DNA of 64,000 nt from an uncultured archaeon (GTDB lineage Archaea > Asgardarchaeota > Lokiarchaeia > Sigyniarchaeales > SOKP01), in assembly GCA_964525635.1 (NCBI GenBank), contig CAZGJX010000005.1, forward strand, positions 1 through 64,000. The letters are read 5' to 3'. The DNA itself is not shown here. Numbering within the stretch: the first letter of the stretch is position 1. Below: more notes on the stretch, generated by a model, which saw only the letters and a program-made list of their open reading frames with translations, searched no databases and was not told the origin of the DNA.

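Overview
AT-rich archaeal DNA whose gene content points to an Asgard archaeon of the Lokiarchaeia type: archaeal histone, eS25, an intron-containing tRNA-Ser, a Rag-like GTPase, a Bud23-like methyltransferase and a Loki-type LRR protein. The window has three parts. (1) 1-10.8 kb: two tandem copies of a two-gene unit. Each has a ~1370-aa single-pass surface protein (DUF2341-like region, divergent LamG or pentraxin-like head, near-identical stalk, TM helix, ~80-aa cytoplasmic tail) translationally coupled by a TAATG overlap to a ~365-aa cytoplasmic longin/uDENN-like + tandem winged-helix protein resembling NPRL2. A Rag-like GTPase lies 1.6 kb away. This is the best candidate for an undescribed receptor-to-small-GTPase signalling module. 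(2) 10.9-24 kb: housekeeping and accessory genes, including a ThiI with a degenerate PP-loop, a HAD pseudogene broken by a tnpB remnant fused to an inverted 72-bp copy of a neighbouring gene, and a TrmB regulator that needs a non-canonical start. (3) 24.2-64 kb: an LRR gene directly downstream of a giant ORF of at least 12,721 aa, still open at the window edge. The giant protein has nested ('Russian-doll') split Ig/LamG/jelly-roll domains, Ca-binding loops, a hydrophobic helical zone and a ~1,700-aa K/E-rich C-terminal region, so it resembles a giant receptor or polymorphic toxin. All assignments come from reading motifs by eye; no database searches were run.
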